64,000 bases of DNA from contig CAIPFN010000080.1 of NCBI GenBank assembly GCA_903864265.1, positions 18,150 to 82,149 of the forward strand. Reading direction: 5' to 3'. Source of the DNA: an uncultured Bacteroidales bacterium. GTDB lineage: Bacteria; Bacteroidota; Bacteroidia; Bacteroidales; UBA4417. This document shows positions 1-8,282 of the stretch, one piece after another (positions within the stretch are counted from its first letter, which is position 1; each line of letters starts with the position of its first letter). The notes beneath the pieces are model-generated. The model did no database searches. It saw nothing but the letters and a program-made list of their open reading frames with translations, and was not told where the DNA came from. A program made the translations under genes and the position numbers.

Positions 1-450
1 ACCAGGCTGGAGGCCGCGCTTCATAAAGTGAAAGAATACAAACAAACCGATGCCGCCAATGTGGCAGCTATAGGATACTGCTTCGGCGGTTCGGTGGTAC
101 TTAACTCCGCCAAGCTGGGTGCCGACCTCAAGGCCGTGGTAAGTTTTCACGGGGGACTCAAGGGTGTACCCGCCGATAAAAATCTGCTGAAAGCACAAAT
201 ACTGGTTTGCCACGGTGCCGCCGATAAATTTGTTCCTCAGCAGGATGTGGATGCATTTAAGCATGCCATGGACTCTATAGGTGCCGGCTACACTTTCAAA
301 GCTTACGCCGACGCTACCCACGCCTTTACCAATCCCGACGCTACACGTATAGGCAAGCAATTCAGCATGCCTATCGAATACAATGCCGCTGCCGATAAAG
401 CTTCCTGGAGCGATATGCAGAAATTCCTGGCCGGTATTTTTAAGAAATAG
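1..450 (+). CDS. dienelactone hydrolase family protein (5' end outside window)
   Basis: Frame 1 is open from nt 1 to the TAG at 448-450. The product has the Cys-type nucleophile elbow GYCFGG and a C-terminal His region (DATHAF), typical of dienelactone hydrolase / alpha-beta hydrolases. Confidence 0.8.
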   Translation, partial: TRLEAALHKVKEYKQTDAANVAAIGYCFGGSVVLNSAKLGADLKAVVSFHGGLKGVPADKNLLKAQILVCHGAADKFVPQQDVDAFKHAMDSIGAGYTFKAYADATHAFTNPDATRIGKQFSMPIEYNAAADKASWSDMQKFLAGIFKK

Positions 451-551
451 TTAACGAACTTTCCTGTAAGTCAAAACGGAAACGGGATGCAGAAGCTCAT
501 GCTCCTGAACAAAACCACTTTCCGCCCAATAGTAGCGACCTGATTATCGTC

Positions 552-621
552 AAGGTGTCTGTACACCCTTGGATGCAGACATATCCGAAGGATTGGCTGC
601 AGGCAAGGGGTGTCTGACACC
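552..621. repeat. REP-like pair of short palindromes (GGTGTCTGTACACC ... GGTGTCTGACACC)
   Basis: 554-567 has a GGTGT/ACACC stem with a 4-nt loop. 609-621 is a GGTGTC-T-GACACC palindrome. The same two cores in the same order build the tandem array at 62229-63168. Confidence 0.8.
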
Positions 622-627
622 GGACGA

Positions 628-683
628 TGGAAAATGTCGGATGTGGGATGTCGGATGTGGGATGTCGGATGTGGGATGTGGAA
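628..683 (+). repeat. heptanucleotide tandem array (GGATGTS)n, about 8 units
   Basis: Direct reading gives TGTCGGA TGTGGGA alternating with an exact period of 7 and no indels. Confidence 0.95.
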
Positions 684-688
684 TCTAC

Positions 689-900
689 CCTCTTCTCCTT
701 GTCCCCCTTTCTCCTTGTCCCCTTGTCTCAAATCAATCCAATCAATCTCTTCAATCTCTTCAATCCTATCTCACACTACCCTATCTTCCAATCCATCACT
801 ATCCTCTTCTCCTTGTCCCCTTGTCTCAAATCAATCCCATCAATCTCCTCAATCTCTTCAATCCCATCTCACACTACCCTAACCTCCAATCCATCACTAT
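689..900 (+). repeat. G-poor CT/CA-rich tract made of two tandem units (689-802 and 803-900)
   Basis: Unit 2 repeats unit 1 (cctcttctccttgtcccc...ccaatccatcactat) minus a 16-nt internal duplication. It shares a 24-nt identical string (831-854) with the reverse complement of 45094-45117. Confidence 0.9.
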
Positions 901-932
901 TCACTATTCACTATTCACTTTTCACTATTCAC
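895..932 (+). repeat. heptanucleotide tandem array (CACTATT)n, 5 units
   Basis: Exact period of 7. On the minus strand it reads TGA ATAGTGA..., so the Omp28-like gene stop codon (931-929) is part of the array. Confidence 0.95.
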
Positions 933-1843
933 TGTCTTACAGCAGTTTCCGCTGCCTGCAATACTTCCTTGGTATCAATATCATAAACAAAGGCTACCAC
1001 ATGGCAGTTTTTAGGAACCATGGCATTGGGATTAAAACCGGTAAAATGAACCTGGAAAGTATTGATAACAGGAGCTGAAGAGGTATTGTCTTTCGACAGA
1101 ACCGGCGTGCCCCAGGTGCCATTCACTGCGCCGCGCATCACATGCATATGCACATAATCGAGTATATAGGGCGTGGTGCCTACCGTAGCATCGCCATTGT
1201 ACTGCGCCTGAACAATGCTGTCCTCGGTAAGCACTACCGAGAGATTTAATCCGCGGCCGGTAAGGGATTCGGGGAAACTTGTTTTTACATGCACGCACAA
1301 CTTATCATCGGCAGCACTGTATTCGGTAATCAGCTGTAAATCCATCAGAGGGGCTTCGGTCAACGCGCTCTTAACGCCATCGGCCCAGGCCGAGGGTTTG
1401 GCTACCTGCTTGTTTTCGGGATATCCCTTGCGGCACACCATGCCATTGGGATTACCGAGATTACCTACTTTAAAGAAGTCGTCCCAGGCTGTGCCTTGCG
1501 CGGTACGGAAATCGTAATTCCATACCGGGTCGCCGGCATTCACATTGGCAAACCAGCCTGCATGAACGGCTATCACTACCAATGAGTCTTTGTACTGTTC
1601 TTTCAGGTCGCGGGCAATAAGCCCGGCCCTGGGGCAATTAGGGCAGGTATGCCCGGTATAGTCTTCGAGCAGTACATGTTTAAAATGGGCCGTCACAGCC
1701 GGAAATTCCGGAACGGGGCAGGCCGCGGTATCCACCGGCGCATTGCGGATTACATAGGGGGCATCCACTTTATCGCAGGAAACAAGCAGAAACAAAGCCG
1801 CTGCTGCCAGAAGTAAGGAATTCAGATATTTTGAGTTTGTCAT
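929..1843 (-). CDS. Omp28-related outer-membrane lipoprotein, thioredoxin-like with CPNC motif
   Basis: Lipoprotein signal (LLLAAAALFLLVSC|DK). The segment LLEDYTGHTCPNCPRAG resembles the EEFTG-x-x-C-x-x-CP region of the Omp28-related family. Confidence 0.7.
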   Translation of the reverse strand: MTNSKYLNSLLLAAAALFLLVSCDKVDAPYVIRNAPVDTAACPVPEFPAVTAHFKHVLLEDYTGHTCPNCPRAGLIARDLKEQYKDSLVVIAVHAGWFANVNAGDPVWNYDFRTAQGTAWDDFFKVGNLGNPNGMVCRKGYPENKQVAKPSAWADGVKSALTEAPLMDLQLITEYSAADDKLCVHVKTSFPESLTGRGLNLSVVLTEDSIVQAQYNGDATVGTTPYILDYVHMHVMRGAVNGTWGTPVLSKDNTSSAPVINTFQVHFTGFNPNAMVPKNCHVVAFVYDIDTKEVLQAAETAVRQ

Positions 1844-1855
1844 GGAGTATTCTAT

Positions 1856-3535
1856 TTAAAAACTTGTGGTGATACTAACCGAGAAACCGTTCGAAGCCGG
1901 AACAACCCGGCAAACTCCGCCTACGCATACCACACCTGCACGCTGCTTGCCGTACGAAAGCTGTACGCGGTTTGCGTTGTTGTTATAGGCAACGGCAACA
2001 AGAGGGTAATGAAAACGGCGACCGCTGTCGTCGTTGCCATAATTCCACTGGTCGGCAAAGCTGACAAACCAGGTAGGCGCCACCGTGTATTCGAGCAGGC
2101 CCATCATCCAGTTTCCTTCATCCTGTTTGGAAAGCAAAGCCTGGGTTTCGAGGCGTAAGGCTTTGGAAGGGGTGATTTTATAGGTCATGTCGGCAATAAA
2201 AATATGGGCATGTATCATCGAAAGGCCCTGGGCATCGAGGTCGTTGGTAATAGCGTAGATGTTGTAATCCTCGTGCATATACGTGACCTGCATTTTGAAG
2301 CTTTTATTGAACTTATGCCCTATCTCTACATTCAGGTCGCGGAAATATTTGGTATCCCCAATTTTGAAAAACGGGGAGGTATAACCCAGCGTTCCCTTGA
2401 TGGTATCGCCCACGAAGTCCTTCACAATGGAGTTGATAGCCGAACAGGTAACGGCAATGTCGGTTCCGTATTTACCGCCCAGCCAGGTATTTTTCTTTAT
2501 TTTATAATTGAGCTGCCCGCTTATTCCCATTTCGCTGTTGGGTTGGGTTGCGTATGGATACACAGCAGCCAGGGTATAGGTTTGCTGTTTGGTAATGGCG
2601 GGCAGGTAGTTGATATCAAGTACTTTTTCTTCACCGGTACGTTTCGACTTGAACATCATATTGTCGAGGCGCTTGGCTTGTATGAGTATGCCCAGGCCTT
2701 TCTGGTTGTATGAAACATTCAGCAGCAGGGCTTCGCCTTTTTTATAGATGTAGTTGTTCTGTTCGTTCGGATCGTTCATTTTCTGAACGTATTCGGCTCC
2801 CAGGCCAAAATTGCCGTAGCTAAGGTTAAACCTACCGGCCCCGGAGGCTACATTTAAAGGCAGTACCAGCTCTTCCTGTTTTGCGTTGTATACCAGTTCG
2901 TTTGCTTCGTATTTGCTCACGAAACTTCCCCCCAGTTGCAGGCGCAACTTGCTGTTTTCGAGGGAAGGTATTAAGTCGTTGAGGTTTACATCGGCATCGC
3001 CACCGCGTACTATGCCCGGGCCATAGTCCCAGAAATAGCGCTGTACGCCGTAAATGCCTTTCAACTCAATACCTTTCACCGGGGTGAATTTCACCCTGAT
3101 GCCATTGAGGGCATTATCGTAACCCAGGTTATGTTCCTCGTAAGTGCGGAATATCATGCCGCTGCCAAACTGATCGTAAATATGCCCGGCCGTAACCTGG
3201 AACTGCCCGGTTTTATAGTCCACAAACCAGTAGGGAACTCCTGTGCCTTTATACCGCGGATCGTAGCCGTTTACGGGATTGAGGTAGGTTTCGTAACGCA
3301 GTCCCGCATTGAAATTACCGGAGGTATACGTTATGTTGGTCCAGCTGTTCATCAGCATTTTCTCGCCCACGGGGAAGGCCCTGATAGCCGAATCGACCAT
3401 ATAGTATTGCGCGTCGAGTTGAAAATTTCCGTTTACCTGGCTTCCAAGGGGACTGCCCTGTGCAAAAAGCAAGGCCGGACTCAGGCAAAACAGCGCAGCC
3501 ACGAAAGTTGCGAAAGAAAGTATTTTTGTTTTCAA
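1856..3535 (-). CDS. outer-membrane beta-barrel protein of unknown function (possibly DUF6029-like)
   Basis: The track ORF runs to 3721, but only the in-frame TTG at 3535 gives a signal peptide (MKTKILSFATFVAALFCLSPALLFAQ). The protein has alternating beta-strand character and ends in ...SITTSF (C-terminal Phe), typical of OM barrels. The family name is from memory and is not verified. Confidence 0.65.
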   Translation of the reverse strand: MKTKILSFATFVAALFCLSPALLFAQGSPLGSQVNGNFQLDAQYYMVDSAIRAFPVGEKMLMNSWTNITYTSGNFNAGLRYETYLNPVNGYDPRYKGTGVPYWFVDYKTGQFQVTAGHIYDQFGSGMIFRTYEEHNLGYDNALNGIRVKFTPVKGIELKGIYGVQRYFWDYGPGIVRGGDADVNLNDLIPSLENSKLRLQLGGSFVSKYEANELVYNAKQEELVLPLNVASGAGRFNLSYGNFGLGAEYVQKMNDPNEQNNYIYKKGEALLLNVSYNQKGLGILIQAKRLDNMMFKSKRTGEEKVLDINYLPAITKQQTYTLAAVYPYATQPNSEMGISGQLNYKIKKNTWLGGKYGTDIAVTCSAINSIVKDFVGDTIKGTLGYTSPFFKIGDTKYFRDLNVEIGHKFNKSFKMQVTYMHEDYNIYAITNDLDAQGLSMIHAHIFIADMTYKITPSKALRLETQALLSKQDEGNWMMGLLEYTVAPTWFVSFADQWNYGNDDSGRRFHYPLVAVAYNNNANRVQLSYGKQRAGVVCVGGVCRVVPASNGFSVSITTSF

Positions 3536-3793
3536 GTTACAGAATTTTGATTTGTGACAGGCCGAAAGCTTCGGCAAATCTACATATTTTCTTTTATAAA
3601 AAAACCTCCCGACAAATCGTAATCCGCTGATTACATTTTTTATCAGGAGGTTAAGCCGGTCTGCGGTCAAATCAGCAGGATAAACTGCTTTCTGCGCCGG
3701 GACCTGAGCGTTTACAGCCATTTAGACCGTATAAACAGATAAAAAATCCGCAGCTGAAAAGGCTGATTAAAGCGCTGAATAGTTCAGGTAGTT

Positions 3794-4324
3794 TTAATGT
3801 GTAGCTGCGGCTTCTGCATTCACTTTGCGCACCTCGTTGATCAGGTCAAGCTCGGCGCCTTCGCTGAAACTGGTATGCTGCCAGACGATTTCGCCCTTTC
3901 CGTTCACGATAAAGGTATGGGGAACGGCATTTACATTCATGGCGCGCTTGAAGTCGGCATTCTGGTCGAGCAGTATGTCGTAATTCCAGCCCTTGCCGTT
4001 TACCAGGGTTTTAACCTGTGCCGTGGAGCGGGAGTCGTCGATGGAAACGGCATACACCTTTACGCCGGTTTCTTTCTGCCAGTCGTCGTACACGTCGGCA
4101 ATGGCGGTGAGTTCCTTCACGCAGGGTTTGCACCAGGTGGCCCAGAAACTGATAATAAAGGGTTTGCCGTCGTTAAAGAGCTTGTCGGTATTCACTTTTG
4201 AGCCTTTCATGTCGGTGACCGTCACATTGGGCAGTTTAAAAAGTACTTTGGCCGTTGCCGGTTCCTGGGCCAGCAGGCTTGTTCCGGATACGATGAGCAA
4301 TGCAACAAGAAGGAGGGTTTTCAT
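3794..4324 (-). CDS. TlpA/ResA-like thiol:disulfide oxidoreductase (thioredoxin fold)
   Basis: Signal peptide plus the FWATWCKPCVKE active-site CxxC motif. Confidence 0.85.
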   Translation of the reverse strand: MKTLLLVALLIVSGTSLLAQEPATAKVLFKLPNVTVTDMKGSKVNTDKLFNDGKPFIISFWATWCKPCVKELTAIADVYDDWQKETGVKVYAVSIDDSRSTAQVKTLVNGKGWNYDILLDQNADFKRAMNVNAVPHTFIVNGKGEIVWQHTSFSEGAELDLINEVRKVNAEAAATH

Positions 4325-4353
4325 ATTTGAAGCGTAGGGTTAAGGTTTCTGAA

Positions 4354-5340
4354 TTATTTCTGGGGGCAATAAACTTCGAGAATTTTACTTTCCATAAGAG
4401 GAACAATACGGATGTTTTCCATAATGGCAGGGATAAGCATCACTTCACCGGCTTTCAGGGATTCCTGTCCGCCTTCGTATTCTACAGTGCATTTGCCTTC
4501 GGCGCATTGCAGTATCACGAACGAATCGAGGCCGCTGTAGTCTTTGATTACAGGAACATCGAAATGGATCAGGCTGGTATTGAAATAGGTGCTTTCGACT
4601 ACCGGAACGGTTTTGTTGATTTCGTGCGGGTACTCCGACTTATACACATCCTGTTTAGCGAAATCGAGAGCAGCCAGGGCCAGGTCGGTATGCAGTTCCC
4701 GGGAGACGCCATGGGCATCCACGCGGTCGAAATCGTAGATGCGGTAGGTAAGGTCGCTGCTTTGCTGAATTTCGAAGATCAGCAGGCCGGGGCCAATAGC
4801 ATGCACCCTGCCGGCGGGAATATAATAAACATCGCCTTTCTGAACCTTTTCATAGTTCATGATTTCTTTGATGCTTCCGTTACGGAGATGTGAAAGGTAC
4901 AAAGGAGCCGACATGGCCTGGTTAAAGCCGCTGATCAGTTCGGCACCGGGTTCGGCAGCAGCCACATACCACATTTCGGTTTTACCCGAATCGTCGTGCC
5001 TGCTTTGGGCGAGCGTATCGTCGGGATGTACCTGTATGGAAAGCCAGTCGCTGGCATTCAGTATCTTGATCAGCAAAGGGAATTGGGTGCCGTATTTTTC
5101 GAAAACAGCTTCACCCACCAGGTCGCCCATATAAATATCGATCAGCTCATCCAGCTGGTTTTCGGCCAGGAAGCCGTTATTCACCACGCTGATTTCATCA
5201 CCGTATCCTGACAGCACCCAGGCTTCGCCGCAATTGGCAAGCGGGGCGTAGTCCATTCCGAAAACCGTATGTATTTTATCGCCTCCCCAGATTTTTTCTT
5301 TGAAAACGGGGTTGAATTTCAGGGGATATAATTCGTTCAT
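4354..5340 (-). CDS. manA: type I mannose-6-phosphate isomerase
   Basis: N-terminus LYPLKFNPVFKEKIWGG and the metal-site context SIQVHPDD are typical of class I PMI in Bacteroidota. Confidence 0.85.
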   Translation of the reverse strand: MNELYPLKFNPVFKEKIWGGDKIHTVFGMDYAPLANCGEAWVLSGYGDEISVVNNGFLAENQLDELIDIYMGDLVGEAVFEKYGTQFPLLIKILNASDWLSIQVHPDDTLAQSRHDDSGKTEMWYVAAAEPGAELISGFNQAMSAPLYLSHLRNGSIKEIMNYEKVQKGDVYYIPAGRVHAIGPGLLIFEIQQSSDLTYRIYDFDRVDAHGVSRELHTDLALAALDFAKQDVYKSEYPHEINKTVPVVESTYFNTSLIHFDVPVIKDYSGLDSFVILQCAEGKCTVEYEGGQESLKAGEVMLIPAIMENIRIVPLMESKILEVYCPQK

Positions 5341-5686
5341 GGATTTTTATTTTTAGATGTAAGGGAAGGGAGAAGTGCGAAGGGGGAAAATATGGATTGA
5401 CTTTTATGTTCAGTTTCAGGTTAAACTCTCCGTCAGGCCTGCAGCTAAAAAGGCTGATTGCTGTATTTGGTATTCAGGCTGTTCTTTATTTGAATTCCGG
5501 AGTCGAATCATTCACAACACACTACTCACCACTCTCTCTGTCAGTCATTTAAAATAAACCACAGTTGCATTCCAACTCCCAAAAGTACAATATTATCCAT
5601 TTCCGGCAACGGTGGAGGAGCAATCCTTCGAAGGAAAAATTTCGAAGCCCGGAAAGGAGTACTTTTGCAGGTTCAAAATAAACCCT

Positions 5687-6544
5687 ATGAGCGGGAACCC
5701 CGAGAAACCTTTACGCAAACCCGGCTGGCTGAAAATCAGCCTTCCGAAGGGCGATAACTTCCTTCAGGTGAAAGGCATACTCGAAGTAAAGGGTTTGCAT
5801 ACTATCTGCTCCAGCGGCAAATGCCCCAATATGGGCGAATGCTGGAATGCCGGCACGGCTACCTTTATGATCCTTGGCGACATCTGCACCCGGAGCTGTA
5901 AATTCTGCGCCACCCGTACCGGGAAACCTTTACCTGTGGATGTGGACGAGCCGGGGAAAATTGCCGATTCGGTCAGGCTTCTGAACCTGAAACATGTGGT
6001 TGTCACTTCCGTTGACCGGGATGATTTACCCGATGGAGGAGCAGCCATCTGGGCAGAAACAGTCAGGAAAGTGAAAGAAATGAACCCCGGTATTACCATT
6101 GAAACCCTTGTTCCCGACTTTTGCGGAAATGCGGCTCAGCTTCAGCAGCTTATTGATGCTGCCCCGGATATTATTTCGCATAACCTCGAAACGGTCCGCC
6201 GCCTGACACCCCGGGTACGCAGCGCCGCTCAGTATGATCGCAGCCTGGAAGTGCTGCGGCAAATTGCTGCTTCGGGTCTGAAAGCCAAATCGGGCATCAT
6301 GCTTGGCCTGGGCGAAACCGAAGCCGAAGTGCTGGAAACTATGGATGATTTGCGGAAGGTGAACTGTGGTATTCTTACCATAGGGCAGTACCTGCAACCT
6401 TCGAAAGCACACCTTGAAGTGGCTGAATATATACACCCTGAGCAGTTTGAAAAATACAGGCTAGCCGGGTTGGAGAAAGGATTCAGGCATGTGGAAAGCA
6501 AACCTCTGGTAAGGAGTAGTTATCATGCAGAGAAACATGTTTGA
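5687..6544 (+). CDS. lipA: lipoyl synthase
   Basis: Radical-SAM CxxxCxxC (CTRSCKFC) plus the auxiliary-cluster Cys region (CPNMGEC). The ATG at 5687 gives a normal length of about 285 aa. The track start at 5612 is a GTG extension. Confidence 0.95.
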   Translation: MSGNPEKPLRKPGWLKISLPKGDNFLQVKGILEVKGLHTICSSGKCPNMGECWNAGTATFMILGDICTRSCKFCATRTGKPLPVDVDEPGKIADSVRLLNLKHVVVTSVDRDDLPDGGAAIWAETVRKVKEMNPGITIETLVPDFCGNAAQLQQLIDAAPDIISHNLETVRRLTPRVRSAAQYDRSLEVLRQIAASGLKAKSGIMLGLGETEAEVLETMDDLRKVNCGILTIGQYLQPSKAHLEVAEYIHPEQFEKYRLAGLEKGFRHVESKPLVRSSYHAEKHV

Positions 6545-6590
6545 TGTGGGATGTGGAATGTCGGATGTCGGATGTATGATTTCGGATGTT
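6542..6590 (+). repeat. heptanucleotide array (GGATGTS)n, 7 units
   Basis: TGATGTG GGATGTG GAATGTC GGATGTC GGATGTA TGATTTC GGATGTT. The first three bases are the lipA TGA stop codon. Confidence 0.95.
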
Positions 6591-6707
6591 TCATGAAATT
6601 AGATACTCCCGATAAATATGATGATCAATATTATAGCTTTTCTGCTTGTTCAACCAGACGATTCCTTGGTACGTTCTCATTCTTCCTGCCGCTAACCAAA
6701 ATAATAA

Positions 6708-7430
6708 ATGAAAGTAATTTTCAAGGATCTGGGTTTAATGCCCTACCAGCAAGCCTGGGATTACCAGGAGAAACTTCTCGGTGAGATCATTCACCAGAAA
6801 CTGGAATTTCAGAAACGTCCTTCCATTCAACAGGAATTCACTGATAACTACCTGCTGTTTGTTGAGCATCCGCATGTTTTCACCCTGGGAAAAAGCGGCT
6901 CGGAGGCGAACCTGCTGGCGAACCTGGTTCAGCTACAGGCTAAAAATGCCGAATTTATCACCACTAACCGGGGAGGTGATATCACCTATCACGGTCCGGG
7001 ACAAATTGTGGGTTACCCCATACTGAACCTTGATTATTTTGCGAAAGGTATACGCGACTATATTGATAAACTGGAAGAAGCCATTATCCTTTGCCTGAAT
7101 CATTATGGAATTGAAGGTTCCCGGTTCCCGGGCGCCACGGGGGTATGGCTCGACACCGCGGTGGCCGCGAAAACGCGGAAAATCTGTGCCATGGGGGTTC
7201 GGGTAAGCCGCGGAGTAAGCATGCATGGCTTTGCTTTTAATGTTAACACCGATTTGTCGTACTTTAGCCTCATCAATCCCTGTGGCTTCAACGATAAAAA
7301 GGTAACTTCGCTGCAGGCTGAAACAGGCCGTGAAATGGATACAGAAGAAGTTAAAGCGATATTGAAAGAAAAAATCTCGGAGGTTTTCGGAATGGAATTA
7401 GACTTATCCACCCCAAAAACACACCATTAA
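6708..7430 (+). CDS. lipB: lipoyl(octanoyl) transferase
   Basis: Motifs HPHVFTLGKSG, RGGDITYHGPGQ and KICAMGVRV (catalytic Cys/Lys region) are present. Confidence 0.95.
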   Translation: MKVIFKDLGLMPYQQAWDYQEKLLGEIIHQKLEFQKRPSIQQEFTDNYLLFVEHPHVFTLGKSGSEANLLANLVQLQAKNAEFITTNRGGDITYHGPGQIVGYPILNLDYFAKGIRDYIDKLEEAIILCLNHYGIEGSRFPGATGVWLDTAVAAKTRKICAMGVRVSRGVSMHGFAFNVNTDLSYFSLINPCGFNDKKVTSLQAETGREMDTEEVKAILKEKISEVFGMELDLSTPKTHH

Positions 7431-7442
7431 TCTTTATTCCTA

Positions 7443-7515
7443 CATCACACATCCGAAATCCGAAATCCGAAATCCGACATCCGACATCCGACATCCGACA
7501 TCCCACATCCGACAT
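7443..7515 (-). repeat. heptanucleotide array (GGATGTS / GGATTTC)n in inverted orientation, 10 units
   Basis: The plus strand reads CATCACA CATCCGA (AATCCGA)x3 (CATCCGA)x3 CATCCCA CATCCGA with an exact period of 7. It starts 13 nt after the lipB stop and ends 18 nt before the LOG start. Confidence 0.95.
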
Positions 7516-7532
7516 TAATAAAATCACACAAC

Positions 7533-8138
7533 ATGACTCCCATCAAATCCATCTGCGTCTTCTGTGGCTCCAGTGCCGGAAGCCGTGAAGAATACACCGT
7601 AAAAGCCCGCGACCTGGGACTGCTGTTGGTTGAAAAAGGAATTACGCTGGTGTACGGCGGCAGCAATGTCGGCATCATGCACGTGATTGCCGATACCATG
7701 ATGCAGGCCGGCGGGAAAGTGATCGGCGTGATGCCGCATAATCTCATCGAGCGCGAAGTGGCACATAAAGCCATAACCGAATTCCATGTGGTGGAAACCA
7801 TGGCCGAACGCAAGGCGGTTATGGATACCCTTTCGGATGCTTTTATCGCCATGCCCGGGGGAATCGGCACCCTCGACGAACTTTTCGAGGTGATGAGCTG
7901 GAACCAGCTTGAACTGATTACCAAACCGGTAGCCTTATTCAATGTGCTGGGTTATTATGATCAGCTGATCTCCTTTCTTGACCACTCAGTTGATCAGCGT
8001 TTTGTAAAGCCCGAACACCGGATTAACCTGATAGCCGAAAGCGATGAGAATATTCTTCTCGAAAAGATAATGAACTATAAACCGGTGAAAGTGGATGGAG
8101 GAAAATGGATTAAGGAATTGAGGGATAATTCATTCTGA
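7533..8138 (+). CDS. LOG family protein (TIGR00730-type, cytokinin riboside 5'-monophosphate phosphoribohydrolase-like)
   Basis: ICVFCGSS, GGSNVGIMH and PGGIGTLDE motifs are present. Confidence 0.9.
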   Translation: MTPIKSICVFCGSSAGSREEYTVKARDLGLLLVEKGITLVYGGSNVGIMHVIADTMMQAGGKVIGVMPHNLIEREVAHKAITEFHVVETMAERKAVMDTLSDAFIAMPGGIGTLDELFEVMSWNQLELITKPVALFNVLGYYDQLISFLDHSVDQRFVKPEHRINLIAESDENILLEKIMNYKPVKVDGGKWIKELRDNSF

Positions 8139-8282
8139 TGGCTGATGGGCCAGAGGTTTTAATCAGGCATTTCCGGCACTTTTTCATTTCGAAAAAACCT
8201 TGCCTACCCTGTAATTTCGTAATTTTAAGTCTATCAGATTTCAGCTGAATTCTGTTTCCCCCAACTAAAATAATTTGAAATT

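Noticed and set aside
471-1078. ORFs 471..731(-), 569..1078(+), 610..882(+) and 627..986(+) encoding MWDVGCG-type or S/P/L-rich low-complexity peptides
   Set aside because: They lie entirely within heptamer and CT-rich repeats. Period-7 repeats lacking stop triplets are open in all frames. The ORFs overlap one another and show no signal of a real protein.
3536-3721. N-terminal extensions offered by the ORF track (1856..3721, 5612 for lipA, 19797 for dxs, 20778 for sufE, 16883 and 40534 for lipoproteins)
   Set aside because: Several of the extensions start at non-ATG codons where I checked the DNA. They add sequence with no homology and bury clear signal peptides or canonical N-termini. I chose internal starts instead.
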